Shown in pieces: positions 14,201 through 28,000 of a stretch of DNA of 64,000 nucleotides; the first letter of the stretch is position 1; every line of letters starts with the position of its first letter. Under the pieces are notes generated by a model that saw only the letters and a list, made by a program, of their open reading frames with translations, searched no databases and was not told where the DNA came from. The position numbers and the translations under genes are program-made. Origin of the DNA: Takakia lepidozioides (lineage: Eukaryota; Plantae; Bryophyta); contig CM060731.1 of NCBI GenBank assembly GCA_030704615.1, forward strand, positions 186,001-250,000, given 5' to 3'.

Positions 14201-14813
14201 TTGCTGTAGCAGCCCGGGCAGCTCCGACCGGTGTCCTTCCAGGTGAAGCCCTCGCAGAATTCTAGAATAGATCAAACTGCGGTGCTCGTGCTGGGAATAT
14301 GACTCCCTCCTCCACTGACGTCCATTGAGGACTTGCCTGATCTCCAGGACGACCTCGGAACTTCCATGACCTCGTCTGAGCCGGACAGGTTGTGAACAAC
14401 CCGGTTCTCGGTCGTCTTCATGGATGGGTTCGGCTTTCTGGATTTTACTTTTCGGACTTTCTCTCTTTGAGGTACCCACTCTCTGATTCGCGGATTGTTT
14501 CGTGGAAGGCGCCAGGATAGACGGTGCATTTGGCGGGCAAATGAAGTCCCAACAGCCCTGTATATGACGCTATCCGATGGTGGAACTCGCCATTCCCTGC
14601 CATCGCCGAAATCATCGTGGAGCACAACAATACTCTCGACAACAAGGCCGTTGAGTCCTTCCTTTCCTCCTCCAAAAAAACCGACCCCGGTTTCAGGTGG
14701 TATCGAACGCACAAATATTTCTCCATCACCCGGCAGGTGTCCCCTCTGCATGGAAATGAAGCTCTATGCTCGTGAGGAGGGCAGTACACTGTAGCGCTCG
14801 GGTTTTCCGCCAT
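11218..14813 (-). pseudogene. MULE-type DDE transposase with GCM-like N-terminal zinc domain and C-terminal SWIM finger (copy A, frameshifted, one intron near 12650-12732)
   Basis: VVCAGALRC; WVMFDHIKR (first D); FMADNAQANWAAI (second D); NMAESVH (E); CNCTDF...PCKHLYYIY (SWIM). Confidence 0.85.
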
Positions 14814-15109
14814 GGGAGATGTGCACACAAGACTGCCAGGATGGCGTGCGGGGAAGCTCCCTGGTAGAAGGGGGTGCAGCGATGGGAATGAATGCGATGC
14901 CGATTTGTCCGAGCGACGAAGCCTGATCCAAATCCAAGGAGCCAACTATCTCAAAAATCCACAGTCAGAGTGTTAATGAACCTGTCTCCGGAATGCGGCC
15001 CCTCGTCTTTGCGCAATAACTGCCAACGGTATGCAGTCAGAAAGTGGGGGGCCGTCCGGATGATGACGGCTGAAGGGGAGAAGCCGGCACCGTGCCGTCA
15101 CATTACTAC

Positions 15110-17370
15110 CCCCGAATGGAAATTCGGCACCCAATATCCAACAGAGGAAGCCCGGATGAAGTCGCCTCGGCGCAGAGGCCGGAGTGTGTGCGACAGAGAA
15201 AATCCCCTGGATGGAGATTCGGCGCCGAATTTCCATCCGGGCCCCCCAAAGGGAGTCGTGTCGAGGGGTTAGGCCGAAAACTGGACGGCATAAAAACATC
15301 CCCAGATGGAAAAACGGCGCCGAATTTCCATCCGGGGCGGTTCGGATGCAGTCGGGTAGGGGGGAGTGGCCTGCACTTGGCCGTCACATTTCAACCCCCG
15401 GACGGAAATTCGGCACCGAATATCGAACAGGGGACGCCCGGATGAAGTAGCCTCGGGCGCAGAGGCCGGCGAGTGTGCGACAGAGAACATCCCCTGGATG
15501 GAGATTCGGCGCCGAATTTCCATCCGGGCCCCCCCAAAGGAAGTCTTGTCGGGGGGTCAGACCGAAAACTGGTCGACATAAAAACCTCCCCAGATGGGAA
15601 AACGGCGTCGAATTTCAATTCGGGGCCGTTCCAATGCAGTCGGGGAGAAGGGAGAGGTCGGCACCTGGCCGTCATATTTCAACCCCCGGGACGGAAATTC
15701 GGCACCGAATATCCAACAGAGCGGCGGAGAGGCGGCACCTCTCCGACAGAGACCATCCCCCGGATGGAAATTCGGCGCCGAATTTCCATCCAGCAGGTAA
15801 GTGGAATCCCGGATGGATGGAGATTCGGCGCCGAATTTCCATCCTGCAGGTAATTCGAATACCGGATGAATGGAAATTCGGCGCCGAATTTCCATCCAGC
15901 AGGTAAGTGGAATCCCGGATGGATGGAGATTCGGCGCCGAATTTCCAACCTGCAGGTAATTCGAATACCGGATGAATGGAAATTCGGCGCCGAATTTCCA
16001 TCCAGCAGGTAAGTGGAATCTCGGATGGATGGAGATTCGGCGCCGAATTTCCATCCAGCAGGTAAGTGGAATCCCGGATAAATGGAAATTCGGCGCCGAT
16101 TTCCATCCAACAGGTAGTCGGATCGGTGGCGTATGGATATTCGGCGCCCAATTTCCATTCGCCATGTATTTCATCGCTCAGAATTACCTTCCTGCAGGTA
16201 ATTCCCAGATGAGAATTACCTTCATGCAGGTAATTTCCAGATGAGAATTACCTTCCTGCAGGTAATTCCAATCGATGCCGGTAGGATGTTAATTCCTCGT
16301 CCAGAATTACCTGCACGAAGGTAATTCTGATCGACGAATTACCTGCAGGAAGGTAATTCTCATCTGGGAATTACCTGCACGAAGGTAATTCCTTGCTCAG
16401 AAATACTTGGCGAATGGAAATTCGGCGCCGAATATCCATACGGCACCGATCCGACTTACCTGCTGGATGGAAATTCGGCGCCGAATTTCCATTCATCCGG
16501 GATTCGAATCACCTGCTGGACGGAAATTCGGCGCCGAATTTCCAGTCATCCGGTATTCGAATTACCTGCAGGATGGAAATTCGGCGCCGAATTTTCATTT
16601 ATCCGGGATTCCACTTACCTGCAGGATGGAAATTCGGCGCCGAATTTCCATTCATCCGGTATTCGAATTACCTGCATGATGGAAATTCTGCACCGAATTA
16701 CCTGCGTGAGGGAAATTCGGCGCGCCGCCCTACCTCCGCGGATGGAAATTCGGCGCCGGATTTCCATCCGAGCGCTTCCGAATTACCTGCTTGAGGGAAA
16801 TTTCCAGCGCCGCCCTACCTGGCTGGATGGATGGAAATTCGGCGCCGGATTTCCATCCGCGCGCTTCCGAATTACCTGCTTCAGGGAAATTTCCAGCGCC
16901 GCACTACCTGGTTGGATGGAAATTCGGCGCCGGATTTCCATCCGCGCGCTTCCGAATTACCTGCGTGAGGGAAATTCGGCGCGCCGCCCTATCTCCGCGG
17001 ATGGAAATTCGGCGCCGGATTTCCATCCGAGCGCTTCCAAATTACCTGCTTGAGGGAAATTTCCAGCGCCGCCCTACCGGGCTGGATGGAAATTCGGCGC
17101 CGGATTTCCATCCGCGCGCTTCTGATTACCTGCGTGAGGGAAATTTCCAGCGCCGCCCTACCTGGCTGGATGGAAATTCGTCGCCGGATTTCCATCCGCG
17201 CGCTTCCGAATTACCTGCGTGAGGGAAATTTCCAGCGCCGCCCTTCCTCCGCGGATGGAAATTCGGCGCCGGATATCCATCCTGCTGCGCTCCGAATTAC
17301 CTGCAGGATGGAAATCCGGCGCCGGAATTCCATCGTGCAGCGCTCCGAATTACCTCTACGTTGGAAATTC
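15110..17370. repeat. Array of about 30 palindromes GGAAATTCGGCGCCGAATTTCC between the two divergent genes
   Basis: Perfect 22-26 bp palindrome in ~55-60 bp and ~290 bp higher-order units; orientation flips around 16170-16400. Confidence 0.95.
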
Positions 17371-17554
17371 CGGGACTGTTTACGTCGATTTTCATCCGAC
17401 ATGGAGGGCAATAAATGTCGACGGCCGTCGGTTATTATTCGGGCTGGCGACGCATGGCTTCCTGGACACGTACCCTAAATCTCATGCTAAACTTGGCTTA
17501 ACATGGTATTCCAGGCATGTACCCCAAAAAAGGAGATCTTTTTGGCTGGGACTT

Positions 17555-20500
17555 ATGCCGCCTGAAGGGCGTGGCTCTCCTGAGAGAGACCTCACATCCA
17601 GACCGCGGCGGAAGTTGAAAGCTCTGTACTACGGACGACGGCCAATCTCTCGCATGGCCAAACTAAAGCTCCAGCAAGAGATTCCAGTGTCTTGCTCACA
17701 ACCTGCGCCAACTGAAGCCGAGTACTCTCAGGCAAGCCACTTCTGCTTTCGGTTTGTTCGATTTATTTTTTGCTTTCGCTTTGTTACCTCGCTTTGTTTT
17801 TGCATCTTCATCCTGGTTTTGCTGTATGAGTGAACTTTAGATAGTTGAGTGAACCTTAGATTGTTTGCAATGCGTGTGCAAATCCGGCAGCTCTGGAGAA
17901 GGCTGTTTGTGCATGTCATTCTTAGGCAATGGTTGCATTTGTTTTCATTGTTGTTGCATGGCTCTCCATACTTCCTAAACTTGTTATGTTTTCATTTTTG
18001 CTACATGATTGTTGCTATGGTGGTTGCGCTGCTCGTTGCGATGCTGCTTTTTGCACCGATGTTGGTTTTCACGATTTTTGTCAATGACAGAGTGACGACG
18101 AGCCCGGCACGCTGGTGGTATCATCGACAGCTCCAACTCATCGCATGTTTGAATCGCCCAACTTGGGGCGAGAGGGCAAACTTAAACCTTTTGTTGGTGG
18201 ACGGGAGGACTTGCAACGAGATTACGACAGAGTAGGCATTGGGGAGGTTGGTGCAGGCGGCATGGCACGTGAAGGGCGTGAGGACATGAGGACAGCAGAT
18301 CCGGCAATGGAGGTTGTTCATGCACATGCAGTAGGGCCCGCCCACGCAAAGAAAAAGAAGAAAGCTAAGCACATGCAATCCCCGGCGAGAGAGCAGTCAC
18401 GGGCTGCGGAGGGGGGAGTGAGCAGTGCGCGCGAGGGTGTCAGTTCGCCTCAATCAAAGGTGGTCGTCCTGGAGGGCTCCCCTGCTGCTAGCCCTAGTAA
18501 GAAACAGAAAGCCCGTGAGAGGGCAAAAGAGAGGGCAAAAGAACAGACGAGACAGAATGCTAGCTAGGAGGAAAGACAAAAGGCAGCTGAAGAGGCCAGG
18601 GGTGCCCAAATGACAGATGCCAATGTAAGCGAGGGACCCACAGAGACGGTGGATCCCTACAAGACACCACAGAGAGGCAGTAGCACACCGGTTAGACCAT
18701 CGCGGGCAAGAGCAGCCCCCGCAATTACCCATACGGTGGAGAGTGGAGGAGAGGAAAGAACACCTGAAAGAGCACGGATTGTGCAAGTTCGAGGTGAAGC
18801 CAGGGAGAGGGCAGTAGAGACGACGAGAGTGCTGGAGGTGGTTTCGCAGGTGGCTGACCCTGTTGAGGAGGACGACATGGAGGTTTCTGACCAGGATGAC
18901 ATCCTCCCGGACATCCCTAGGCCCCAAACCCGGAGCATACAGGCTGGATTTGGCGGTCCTGGTGGGCTGCCGGAAAACCCCTCTGCAGCAGACGTCATGT
19001 CTGAGGCGGATATGAAGTTGGCCGCTGCCAAGATGTTGGAGGCAACCCACAGCAACATTGGCAGGGTGCTGGGGGGCATGGTGTACCCGGCCAAGCTTCG
19101 AATTCCCCTTTGCCGCTTGGTGTCATTGCAGGTGGTGAGACCTACCCTCCCAGGCAATATCGACAAGCTGAAATTCTCTTTCCGGGATGGATATCGAATG
19201 GGGTCTGCCGCCTTTTACGTTTCCATTGAGAACGACCACGGAGCTTCCCGTGCCCACACTTCCGATGAGGTGGACAAATGGGGTCCCCATTGACAAACGC
19301 GAAATGAGGAATTCGAGAGATCGATTGCTAGTGATCCTCTTTTCCAGCACATGTCCGGTAAGATGTTCTACGTGTGGGACGGCAATCATCGCCTCCTCGC
19401 ATGGATGGAGCACATTGCCCAAGCCCACCCCAACGATCTCGATTGGCATTTTGCCGTCGATTGTGTTGTGCTGAAGGTTGCGGGGCCCAAAGATCGCAGT
19501 CTTCTCAAAGCTGCAATGGCCGACATCAACTCGTAAGCTACAACCCCTCTCGCTTTTGGACTTTGAATTTGGAAGTCATTTCATTGCGAATCCTCATATA
19601 TGATGAAAATTCCCATTTCAGTATTGTTTGATGGAAATGTGGCACTGCAGGGTGACTGAGAATGCCTTCATTGCCACCAACTTGTCCCATATGCTCTTCC
19701 GAGTGAAGGATGTTGGGAAGCAGGGGGTGCAAGAGTTTGCCAATTCCCTCAATGCCGACCTCCTGCGCAAGTCGGAGGCAAAGGCAGACAGAACGTGGTA
19801 TAGGCTGAGCGTCAACGCCATGGTGGACTACATATTTCGGGTAAAGCTCCTGACAGTTTTGTTGAGCTAATCTGTCTCTCCTCCCCCAATAGAAGAAATT
19901 GTGTTGAGCAGGATCTCTAATCTTATGTGCGCATTCTTGACAGACGAAAATACATCAGGATTTGGCACATGCGCGGAGGTTCTACATGGAGTCAGAGGAG
20001 AAGAATCCAAAGCTGCGGAGGTGAGGGCCCGCATAAAGTACAAGTCGCGGATGGTAAAGTACGTGGCCATAGCTGATCCCGCCCTTGGTGCCGACTTTCT
20101 GGTGGAGGTGGGGAAGCACTACTATCGCGCTCTGAAGCCCACGATGACATTGGAGAAGCTCCATCGTCTAGCCACATCCTGTGTGGATGCAACAGAAAAG
20201 GTGATACATTCTTAACAAAATTGTGGTGGCAACAACTTCTTTTTGTGGTGTTTGGCGCTTACGAATATGCTGGGTGGTTGGACAGACCGGTGGCTCCAAA
20301 TCTGGAATGGTTCCCAAAGTACCAGGGACATGTGGAGCTTCCCCAAACCGGACAAACTCTCTGACCCCACATTCGACATGTGGATGAACCGCATGACATG
20401 GTGGTTTCAGGTACTTCCCCACGCTTCGTTTGGGCTTCTACTCTAGTAGGGGGTGGATTCATTGTATTTTTTGAGGAAAGCGATCTGATGGACAATCTCC

Positions 20501-23500
20501 ACAGGTGACGACGAATGCGCAAGAGCAGCTGGACACACAAGCACATCAGTTCAAGATGGAGATATCTCCTGCAGCAGAGAGCCTACGTGACTATGTGACG
20601 AGGTACTTTCTGCTCTACAAAACCAACCTATTCTTTCGGGAGATAGCAGATGCTCGCCGGAGCCACGAGTTCACCGACCAGCCGAACGCGGACAAAGCAG
20701 CAATGCGCCTTCTGTACAGGTACATACGCGCTGCCTTTCTTTCAAGTCCTGGCATTTCAGGATGTTAGAGGCCTCAAGTGGTGTTAGGGAAAATGGCGCC
20801 GAATTTCCAGTCAGGGCTCCGAAAATGGCTAAGTCCCTAGACTGGCTGGCCCGGAACTGGAAATTCGGCGCCATTTTCCAATTCCAGGCCCTATTGCCGT
20901 TCAGGGACTTAGCCATTTTCGGCCTAAGTCCCTAGACTGGCTGGCCCTGAAGTGGAAATTCGGCGCCATATTCCAGTTTTAGGCCCTATTGCCGTTCAGG
21001 GACTTAGCCATTTTCGGCCTAAGTCCCTAGTGTGGCTGGCCCGGAACTGGAAATTCGGCGCCGTTTTCCAGTTCTAGGCCCTATTGCCGTCCAGGGACTT
21101 AGCCATTTTCGGGCTAAGTCCCTAGACTGGCTGGCCCTGAACTGGAAATTCGGCGCCATTTTCCAGTTCCAGGCCCTATTGCCGTTCAGGGACTTAGCCA
21201 TTTTCGGGCTAAGTCCCTAGACTGGCTGGCCCTGAAGTGGAAATTCGGCGCCATATTCCAGTTCCAGGCCCTATTGTCGTTCAGGGACTTAGCCATTTTC
21301 GGGCTAAGTCCCTAGACTGGCTGGCCCTGAACTGGAAATTCGGCGCCATTTTCCAGTTCCAGGCCGTATTGCCGTTCAGGGACTTAGCCATTTTCGGGCT
21401 AAGTCCCTAGACTGGGTGGCCCTGAAGTGGAAATTCGGCGCCATATTCCAGTTGTAGGCCCTATTGCCGTTCAGGGACTTAGCCATTTTCGGACCTCATT
21501 GTGTTTTTCATGAATGCAGGTACTGTAAGTTCTCCCTTTTGGAGAAAGGTCATCTATCTTTCGAGCCACCATTCTTCCTGGCATGGAGGAACCCTGGGGC
21601 TGACTCCATGTACACTGACGATATTGTGAAGGAGTGGCATCTGGAACATTTGCGTGATTGCCCTTGGTATGTGGACCTTCCGCCCGGCTCGCTCGACCCA
21701 TCCGAGTTTCAATTGAAGCTGGATGCTGAATTCCGACGAAACCGGGCTCCGCTGCCTCCGTTGGGTGCAAAAGAGGCAAAAGCGCTTGCGAACTCCAGGA
21801 AAGCGGCAGAGCTTGCTCAGGCAGGAATTCAGGAGAAATTGCATGAGAAGAGTAAAGGTCAAAGGAAAAGGACAAGGAAACAGGTGACTGCAGTAACACC
21901 CAAAAAGAAGAAAACCATCGGGGCATCGGAGGAGACGCAGGAGGGGACCCAAGAGAGTGACTCCGACGCCGATTTTGTTCAAGGTCCTGCGACTGCTGTT
22001 GCTCCTACCCAGTCACCGGTCGTCCGGGTTCCCAAGTCAGTTCGGAGTGGGACTGGCTCTGCCAAGAAGTTGGCATTTGAGGGCGAGCCTACACGGCGGT
22101 ATTTGGTGGTGACGTTTACGCACAGGCCAAAGCTAGAACCTCCAACCATCATCCAATGCGTCAATGAGAGCTTCCTTGACGCTCTCGCTGCCAGGGCGAA
22201 GAAGGTGGCACACAACAAGTCTCTGGCGGAGCAGAAGGGGAAAGCCAAGAAGAGGGCTGCCGGTACAAAGCCTAAAGACACCCCTGGTTTTGAAGCCATG
22301 ATGGAATTCTTCACGGCTGTGAGCACGAATTGCAAGAGCACTCGGGGGGGGGGTTGAGGTGGAGAGAGCTTGCGACATGATTCTCCTCGACATTCCAAAT
22401 GGGGAGCTGCTGGAGGGCCTGGATGGTGTGCCCACCTGGAACAGGTTTACTGAGGACTACTGGAAAGCCGGGTTTGGGCTGGCGGGGATGCTTCTGGATG
22501 ACGGTGGATGTGTGGTTGTCCTTGCCACGAGAGGGAAGACCACAGAGAATGCGGTGGCAAGGTGGACACCGAAAAGTGTCACCCCAGTCCTCCTCAGAAA
22601 ATGGTTCTGCATCAGTATGCAGGGGTTGCGAACAGAGGGCCAAAGTGTAAGTTATCAATCTATTGCATTCACTTCATATTGTGGTGTATGTTAAGTAGAC
22701 CCTGGAATTGATCCCTTCTTTGTTGGATGTGCAGACATTGGTGTTTGAGGCATATTGCTTTGTGAAGAGAGGGTCTACGTTCAAATTCCGCAACGACGGT
22801 CGTCTTGTTGATGCCGCTGTGGACCCTGTAACCTACGATGTCCTCTACAACTATGTGCCCCACTCTAGTATGCCGAAGGACACAAAGACAGGCAAACCGT
22901 GGCGGTACAGCCGGACCCGGAGCCCTGCTTTCATCCAAACCCTCATGGAGACGTGCTCGGATGTCCAAGGGCGGATTCTGGACCTCACATGCGGCACGGG
23001 TAAGCCTTCACGTGCTCAGTTTGTCCCCTGGCCCCATTGCAATTGCATGCCGCAAGCTATTAACCGCCCGCTTTGTTCCTCAGGTGCTTCAATGTGGGCA
23101 GGGACGTTGTCCGACAGGCATGTGTTCGCCTTCGAGCCAGATACTGCCCTCCACAACTCGGAACTTGCAGCGGCTGAACGTCTGCCGAAAGAGGAAGAGG
23201 CATCCTCGGAAGATGAGGAAAAATCCGAGAAGGAGCAGGGGGAGGAAGTTGGGATCGAGGCCGAGGAGCCCCCGGTTTACGAGTGAGTGGTGGCATTGTA
23301 AGTTGCCTCCAGATTTTGTGAGGCACCTCCCTCCGCTCTCTTATTTCATTGAAACCATTTCTGCTTGTGCTGGTACTGACATTCTTGAAGTGGATTTGTT
23401 CTTACTGTAGGATGCCAAGTACTGCCGGAGGGACGTCTACACCGGAGTTCATGGGCAGGAGGAACGTGCCTTTTTTTGCCAGGGGGGATTTCATGCCTAG

Positions 23501-23869
23501 TCCAGAAAGGGAGTACATCCTTCCTACTTATGCTGCCCGGCTTGCTTCGGTGTCCATTAGGAGGTGTTCCGAACGTAGTCGTGTACAGCAGATTTAGACG
23601 AGGCAAGCCTCAAGAAAATGAAGATGAGGGAGGAGGCATCAGCTATTAGAGCCCGTCGGGCTCGTAGATTTGTGTTGGATTCTGCTGAGGAAAGTGGGGG
23701 AGAAGACGCAGAAGATTCCCAGGAGGTGAGGTGGACAGTCCCCCAAGGAGAGGACGGGATTTTTGAGAGGCATAGTGGAACTGATGCATCACAGAGCTCG
23801 GAGGATGAGGGGGATGAGGGGGATGACGAAGAAGGTGGGGCAAGTTCCTCGGAGGGTGTAGGAGAGTAG
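17555..23869 (+). pseudogene. Multi-exon ParB/Srx-like plus beta-class amino-methyltransferase-like gene (copy A)
   Basis: IPLCRLVSLQVVRP...FYVWDGNHRLLAW (19090-19533); DMILLDIPNG (~22375); LLDDGG; SPAFIQTLMETCSDVQGRILDLTCGTG-intron-ASMWAGTLSDRHVFAFE; GT-AG introns; start and end approximate. Confidence 0.8.
20790..21492. repeat. 95-bp tandem repeat, about 7 copies, in intron 20720-21519
   Basis: CCCTATTG-type block recurs at 20889, 20984, 21079, 21174, 21269, 21364 and 21459; each unit has GGAAATTCGGCGCCATTTTCC and the hairpin GGGACTTAGCC...GGCTAAGTCCC. Confidence 0.95.
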
Positions 23870-25016
23870 TGCCCATTCCGGCTATGACAGTTAGAACACA
23901 CTTGTATAGACGTGGCTTGCCACAAAATTTGCAATAAAATGTTGCATTTCAAGTCCACTGGTGCCACATTCCAACTTCACATGACCCTATTTCCGTGCCT
24001 CCTAACCCTATTTCCGTGGACTCACAATGGTCTGCTCATGCTTTTTTTTTTTCCGCTCATGCTCATGTCGCTCATGCTCATGCCGCTCATGAAATAGCAG
24101 CCCCCAAAACACACCTCAAAATACATTAAATACTTACTCAATTGAGTCATCATTGCTCTCTCGATATCCTCCTTGCCCGGGGGGTGCTATTCTGTGAGCC
24201 CAGAGGCGTGAGCCTGTGAGCCCAGGAATTCGTGAGCCCAGCACAGGCTCACGCCACGTCAGCATGCATACAAGGCCTATTTCCGCGGGTGTCACCTATT
24301 ACCGCGGGTTGATTAGCCATTTCTAGGGAATGCAGACTGGATGTGTTACATCCATGTATCCATCCTTTCTATCCATTGTATCCATTTAGACGTTATCAAC
24401 ATACCAAGCCCCTGCATTGGAATCAACGACGCAATGGCGTGAGCGTTGCGCGTGAGCGCGCGAGCGTACGCTCACGCAGGAGTGACGTGGCGTGAGCGTC
24501 ATGTCAGCATGCTGATGTGGCGGTAAATGATGACATGGCACTGTCCGTCATCTGCCACGTCAGCATTAACATGCGCCGCCTATAACCGTGGATGGTCCTA
24601 TGACCGTGGAATTAATGCAGGGAATCTTGCCTAAATAGAATCAAGACGAGCGTTGAGGCCTACAATTGCAACATCCAACATTGTGCAATTACAAATGCTT
24701 GTTTCACTTTTACAATTACGAGGACGAAAAAATATCCTCACAAAGTGTGCGCCATAAAGGCTGCCACGGGAAGACCTTCCTCCCTCCTCAAATAACAATG
24801 AGAGTTAGGATCATCTTCAAAAGATGATTGTAGTGCATAGCGACAGCAAGACATGTAGACTTCGAACGGTGCAATGACAAATGTGCACTACCTAAAAGTT
24901 GTCACTCAGAGCTCACTCCGTATAGTTGGAGGCCATATCATTGCACCGCCGACGAATTGATGTGAATTACACATTTCAAATCATGGTCGTCCACATACCA
25001 CATTGCATAGTTGATG

Positions 25017-28000
25017 CTACCCATGTGTTGTATCCCGCTGCAAAAGAGTATCAACCTCGTTGAAACTCATAGTGGCCTGGTGAATGAAGTTGTCACGTTT
25101 GGGATCGCAAACCATCCTCTTAAAAAATATGAAAACAAATGTTGCAGGGTAGAATTTACCTCCTGGCCCAAACTGGTTGATAGCATATTCAAAAATCAGG
25201 ACATGTGCAATGGGAAATTGGAAACCGTGATGTCGTAGGTCCTGTCATGAACAGCAGATGTGGAAGTGATGATTGTGAATACCCGACCATATCCTGGATC
25301 GGGTACTTCGTGGTGCTTCCAACACGAGCTTGGAGCATTCTTGCGGACTCCACTTTGCCAAAGTGTTCAGCGGTTGGAGGGAAACGCCGAACGAGCTTTC
25401 CATCGTTTGGTTGGCCACAAGTCAGGATTTGCCGGGGGGCCCGGGAGGACGCAGAAGTAGTAGCACATGCATGGAGTTGGGGTTGTCTCGCAAGGGAAAA
25501 ACCTGCCTCCTCCAGCATTTCAATCTCCTGAAAGCTGAGATGTGTTTCCACCTTCACGGGCCAAACGGTTGGAGGAGATGGCTTCATCACACGGAAGAAG
25601 GACGCACAGTTCCATGCACACATCTGGCACAATCATCTGCGCAGAACCAAACTTGTGGTTCTTGGCTTCTGGTTGACCGTATGGACGCATCAAGCCCGTG
25701 AAAGTCGGAGCAGGAGTTCGGGCACCACCTCTGGATATAGATGAAGTGGCACTTCTCGAAATTAGTTGCCCTGATCGCTGTACATTTCACACGAGACCTA
25801 CACTTGTGCGTTCTATGTGCCAAACGTGGTCGGGGCATGCGGACTCAAGCACATCAAGGGGGTTGTTTCTCTCCTGCCATTTCAGTGGCACTGTTTGATG
25901 CTGGAGCTTGCCGTCGTGTTGGAGGTTCCTCCACAATGGAGGTTCCGGACATGGAGCTGTCATGCAGGGGAACACGAGGCTTCGAGAAGTTATCACGGTC
26001 TGCCCTGTGGGAATCTGAATCCGAACCAGGTGGAGTGTTCAATTTCCTCTTACAGGAGCCGAATCTCTCCTCCCCTTCAAGATGTGGACTCTAGAAACAA
26101 GTGGCGTTCCCTGGGCACATGCTCACCGCCCGTGTGCTATCTTGATTGGATCCCCAGATCTGTTTGCAGCACGCAACATCAACTCCCATTTGTCCGGACC
26201 CTTGCACCAAAACCCACCTCGTAAGAAATCACGGTATCGGGTTTGTTGTTGCAAGGCACGTATCAATCATCTGTTGTTGCCACATACAAATCCCGACCTC
26301 GTTTCCCAGACTGCAACCATGCGTTGTGCACAGTTTCTGCCAAATTGCAAGATGGCATGTCCGCCATTTCCTCAATGGACATGTTCTGCAAAGTGCAGAA
26401 CCACACTTCAAAACAGTGAACAGAAAACAACATAAAGAAAGCGAGGACACAATAAAATGGAAAGCAAATGTATGAATAAAGCAATAAATATAAAGCCTCG
26501 TACCAATGGATGGCTGCTCCCCACTGTCTATACCGGAAGTGCCAAAACGCCAGCCAATCTTCCAATGCTCTCATACTCTCAAGTGATGCAGCTCCAGAAG
26601 AGAACCACCAGGCACGAATTGTCTGGAACAAGTGTCCGCCTCCTTCATTGTTCTAGCATCTTTGTACTCTTTGCACAATTTACGGTGCTGAGTCTGCATC
26701 TCTGGTTTGATGTCCGACTTTGTATGTTTTTCCAGAGATTGTGTCCAATGGAATAGACATGTACGCTCTCTTCCTGGCATTGGCACTTTTGGGTCGCCCC
26801 GATCCGAAGACAATACGAACAGCATTGAAATTTGCTTGAGCACTATCCGCCATGAAACCTGCGAAATTTGAGATGGAGATGGCAGCCCATGACACGTATC
26901 AGGGAATTCCACATGAGCTTCTGGGATTCCGTATCCTCGGATTGCATGTCACAAACTGCAATTGTCATAACTCGTTGGTACACTGGATCGTAGACATGAC
27001 AAGCCATTGTCGTCCAATCCTTCACTCGTTTCACATGATCAAACATAAGAAAACAGTTCTGCAAGTCCCCAGTCTTCTGCATCCGCTTCACGAGGCTAAC
27101 CCCACTGCCTCCCCAACAGTCGACATTTTGAAAAGAAAAACTTTGATGGCACCTTGACCTGGGAATACATTGTCCTGGATGTAATCGTACTTGCTCACTC
27201 GTTTCAATTCCAAAATATTGTCTATGTAGCCTCTGACCAGAGCCCATTCTCAATGCATTGATCTGATGCCGAATGTTAGGTGAACTTAAAGTGGAGAAAT
27301 GATCCATGACCAGGTCCAATGCTGCACCGTCAAGTTTAGTCCCCACAGAATCCCCTTCACTCAAAATATGGCTTTCCAAGAAGGACTTGCTTGCGCCAAG
27401 AGCAATTGCAGATGTTGTTGCGGATGGGTTTCTCCCGAACTCCTGTTTAATCAACCTCGATACTGTCTCAACACTCTCCCTGTAATCCCCTTCGAGACAG
27501 GATGGTTATGGAATCCGAAATGCACACAAGCTCTTGTCATTTTCAAACGGTGGACAACATAGTACATTCTTGCTCCGCAGAGCGCCAAGCAGGATGGCAC
27601 AAGTTTGCAGAATTTGCAGACGAAAGTGTTTGCCGGTGGAGGGGCAGTCCCAGGCTGAAATGGATTTTCCGCCAGACCTCCCATTCGCTTTGATTATGAA
27701 CCCCAGACTGAAGAAAGTGTCTGCAATTCAAATTATCACACCTAAGGTGTCCATTGCAAACTGTCCTCCTGAAAACAAGCTTGTCATCATTCTGAATATT
27801 GGATGTTTTTGTTCTGCACCACGGGTGCCCGTCGTGTTTCTTGTCCATTCCATGCATCATGATTGTTACACCTCCAACTCGCGGAGGAGGAGGCAGCTCG
27901 AATAGGATATCGCCATCAAAAGTCTCCGGCAAGAACTTCACAGGCACCTGCTTCAAAGATTCCCAATCAATTCCCCGCAACTCACTTTTGAATCCAGCCA

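Larger units (their letters stand above)
10391..24105. mobile_element. Mutator-like DNA transposon A (transposase plus ParB-MTase-like gene)
   Basis: Short imperfect TIRs GAGGTTTGCTATTTCATGAGC / GGGGGCTGCTATTTCATGAGC (rc); subterminal ATGAGC repeats; TSD AAAACACA at 10383-10390 and 24106-24113 (extendable to 9-10 bp). Confidence 0.9.

Noticed and set aside
15090-17480. Many overlapping ORFs (MEIRRRISI, WKFGAEFP, GNSAPNF)
   Set aside because: They are translations of the palindromic repeat in all frames and on both strands.
10391-24105. High CpG retention as evidence of anti-silencing
   Set aside because: Not quantified, and the gypsy at 1-3935 is also CpG-rich, so age or base composition could explain it.
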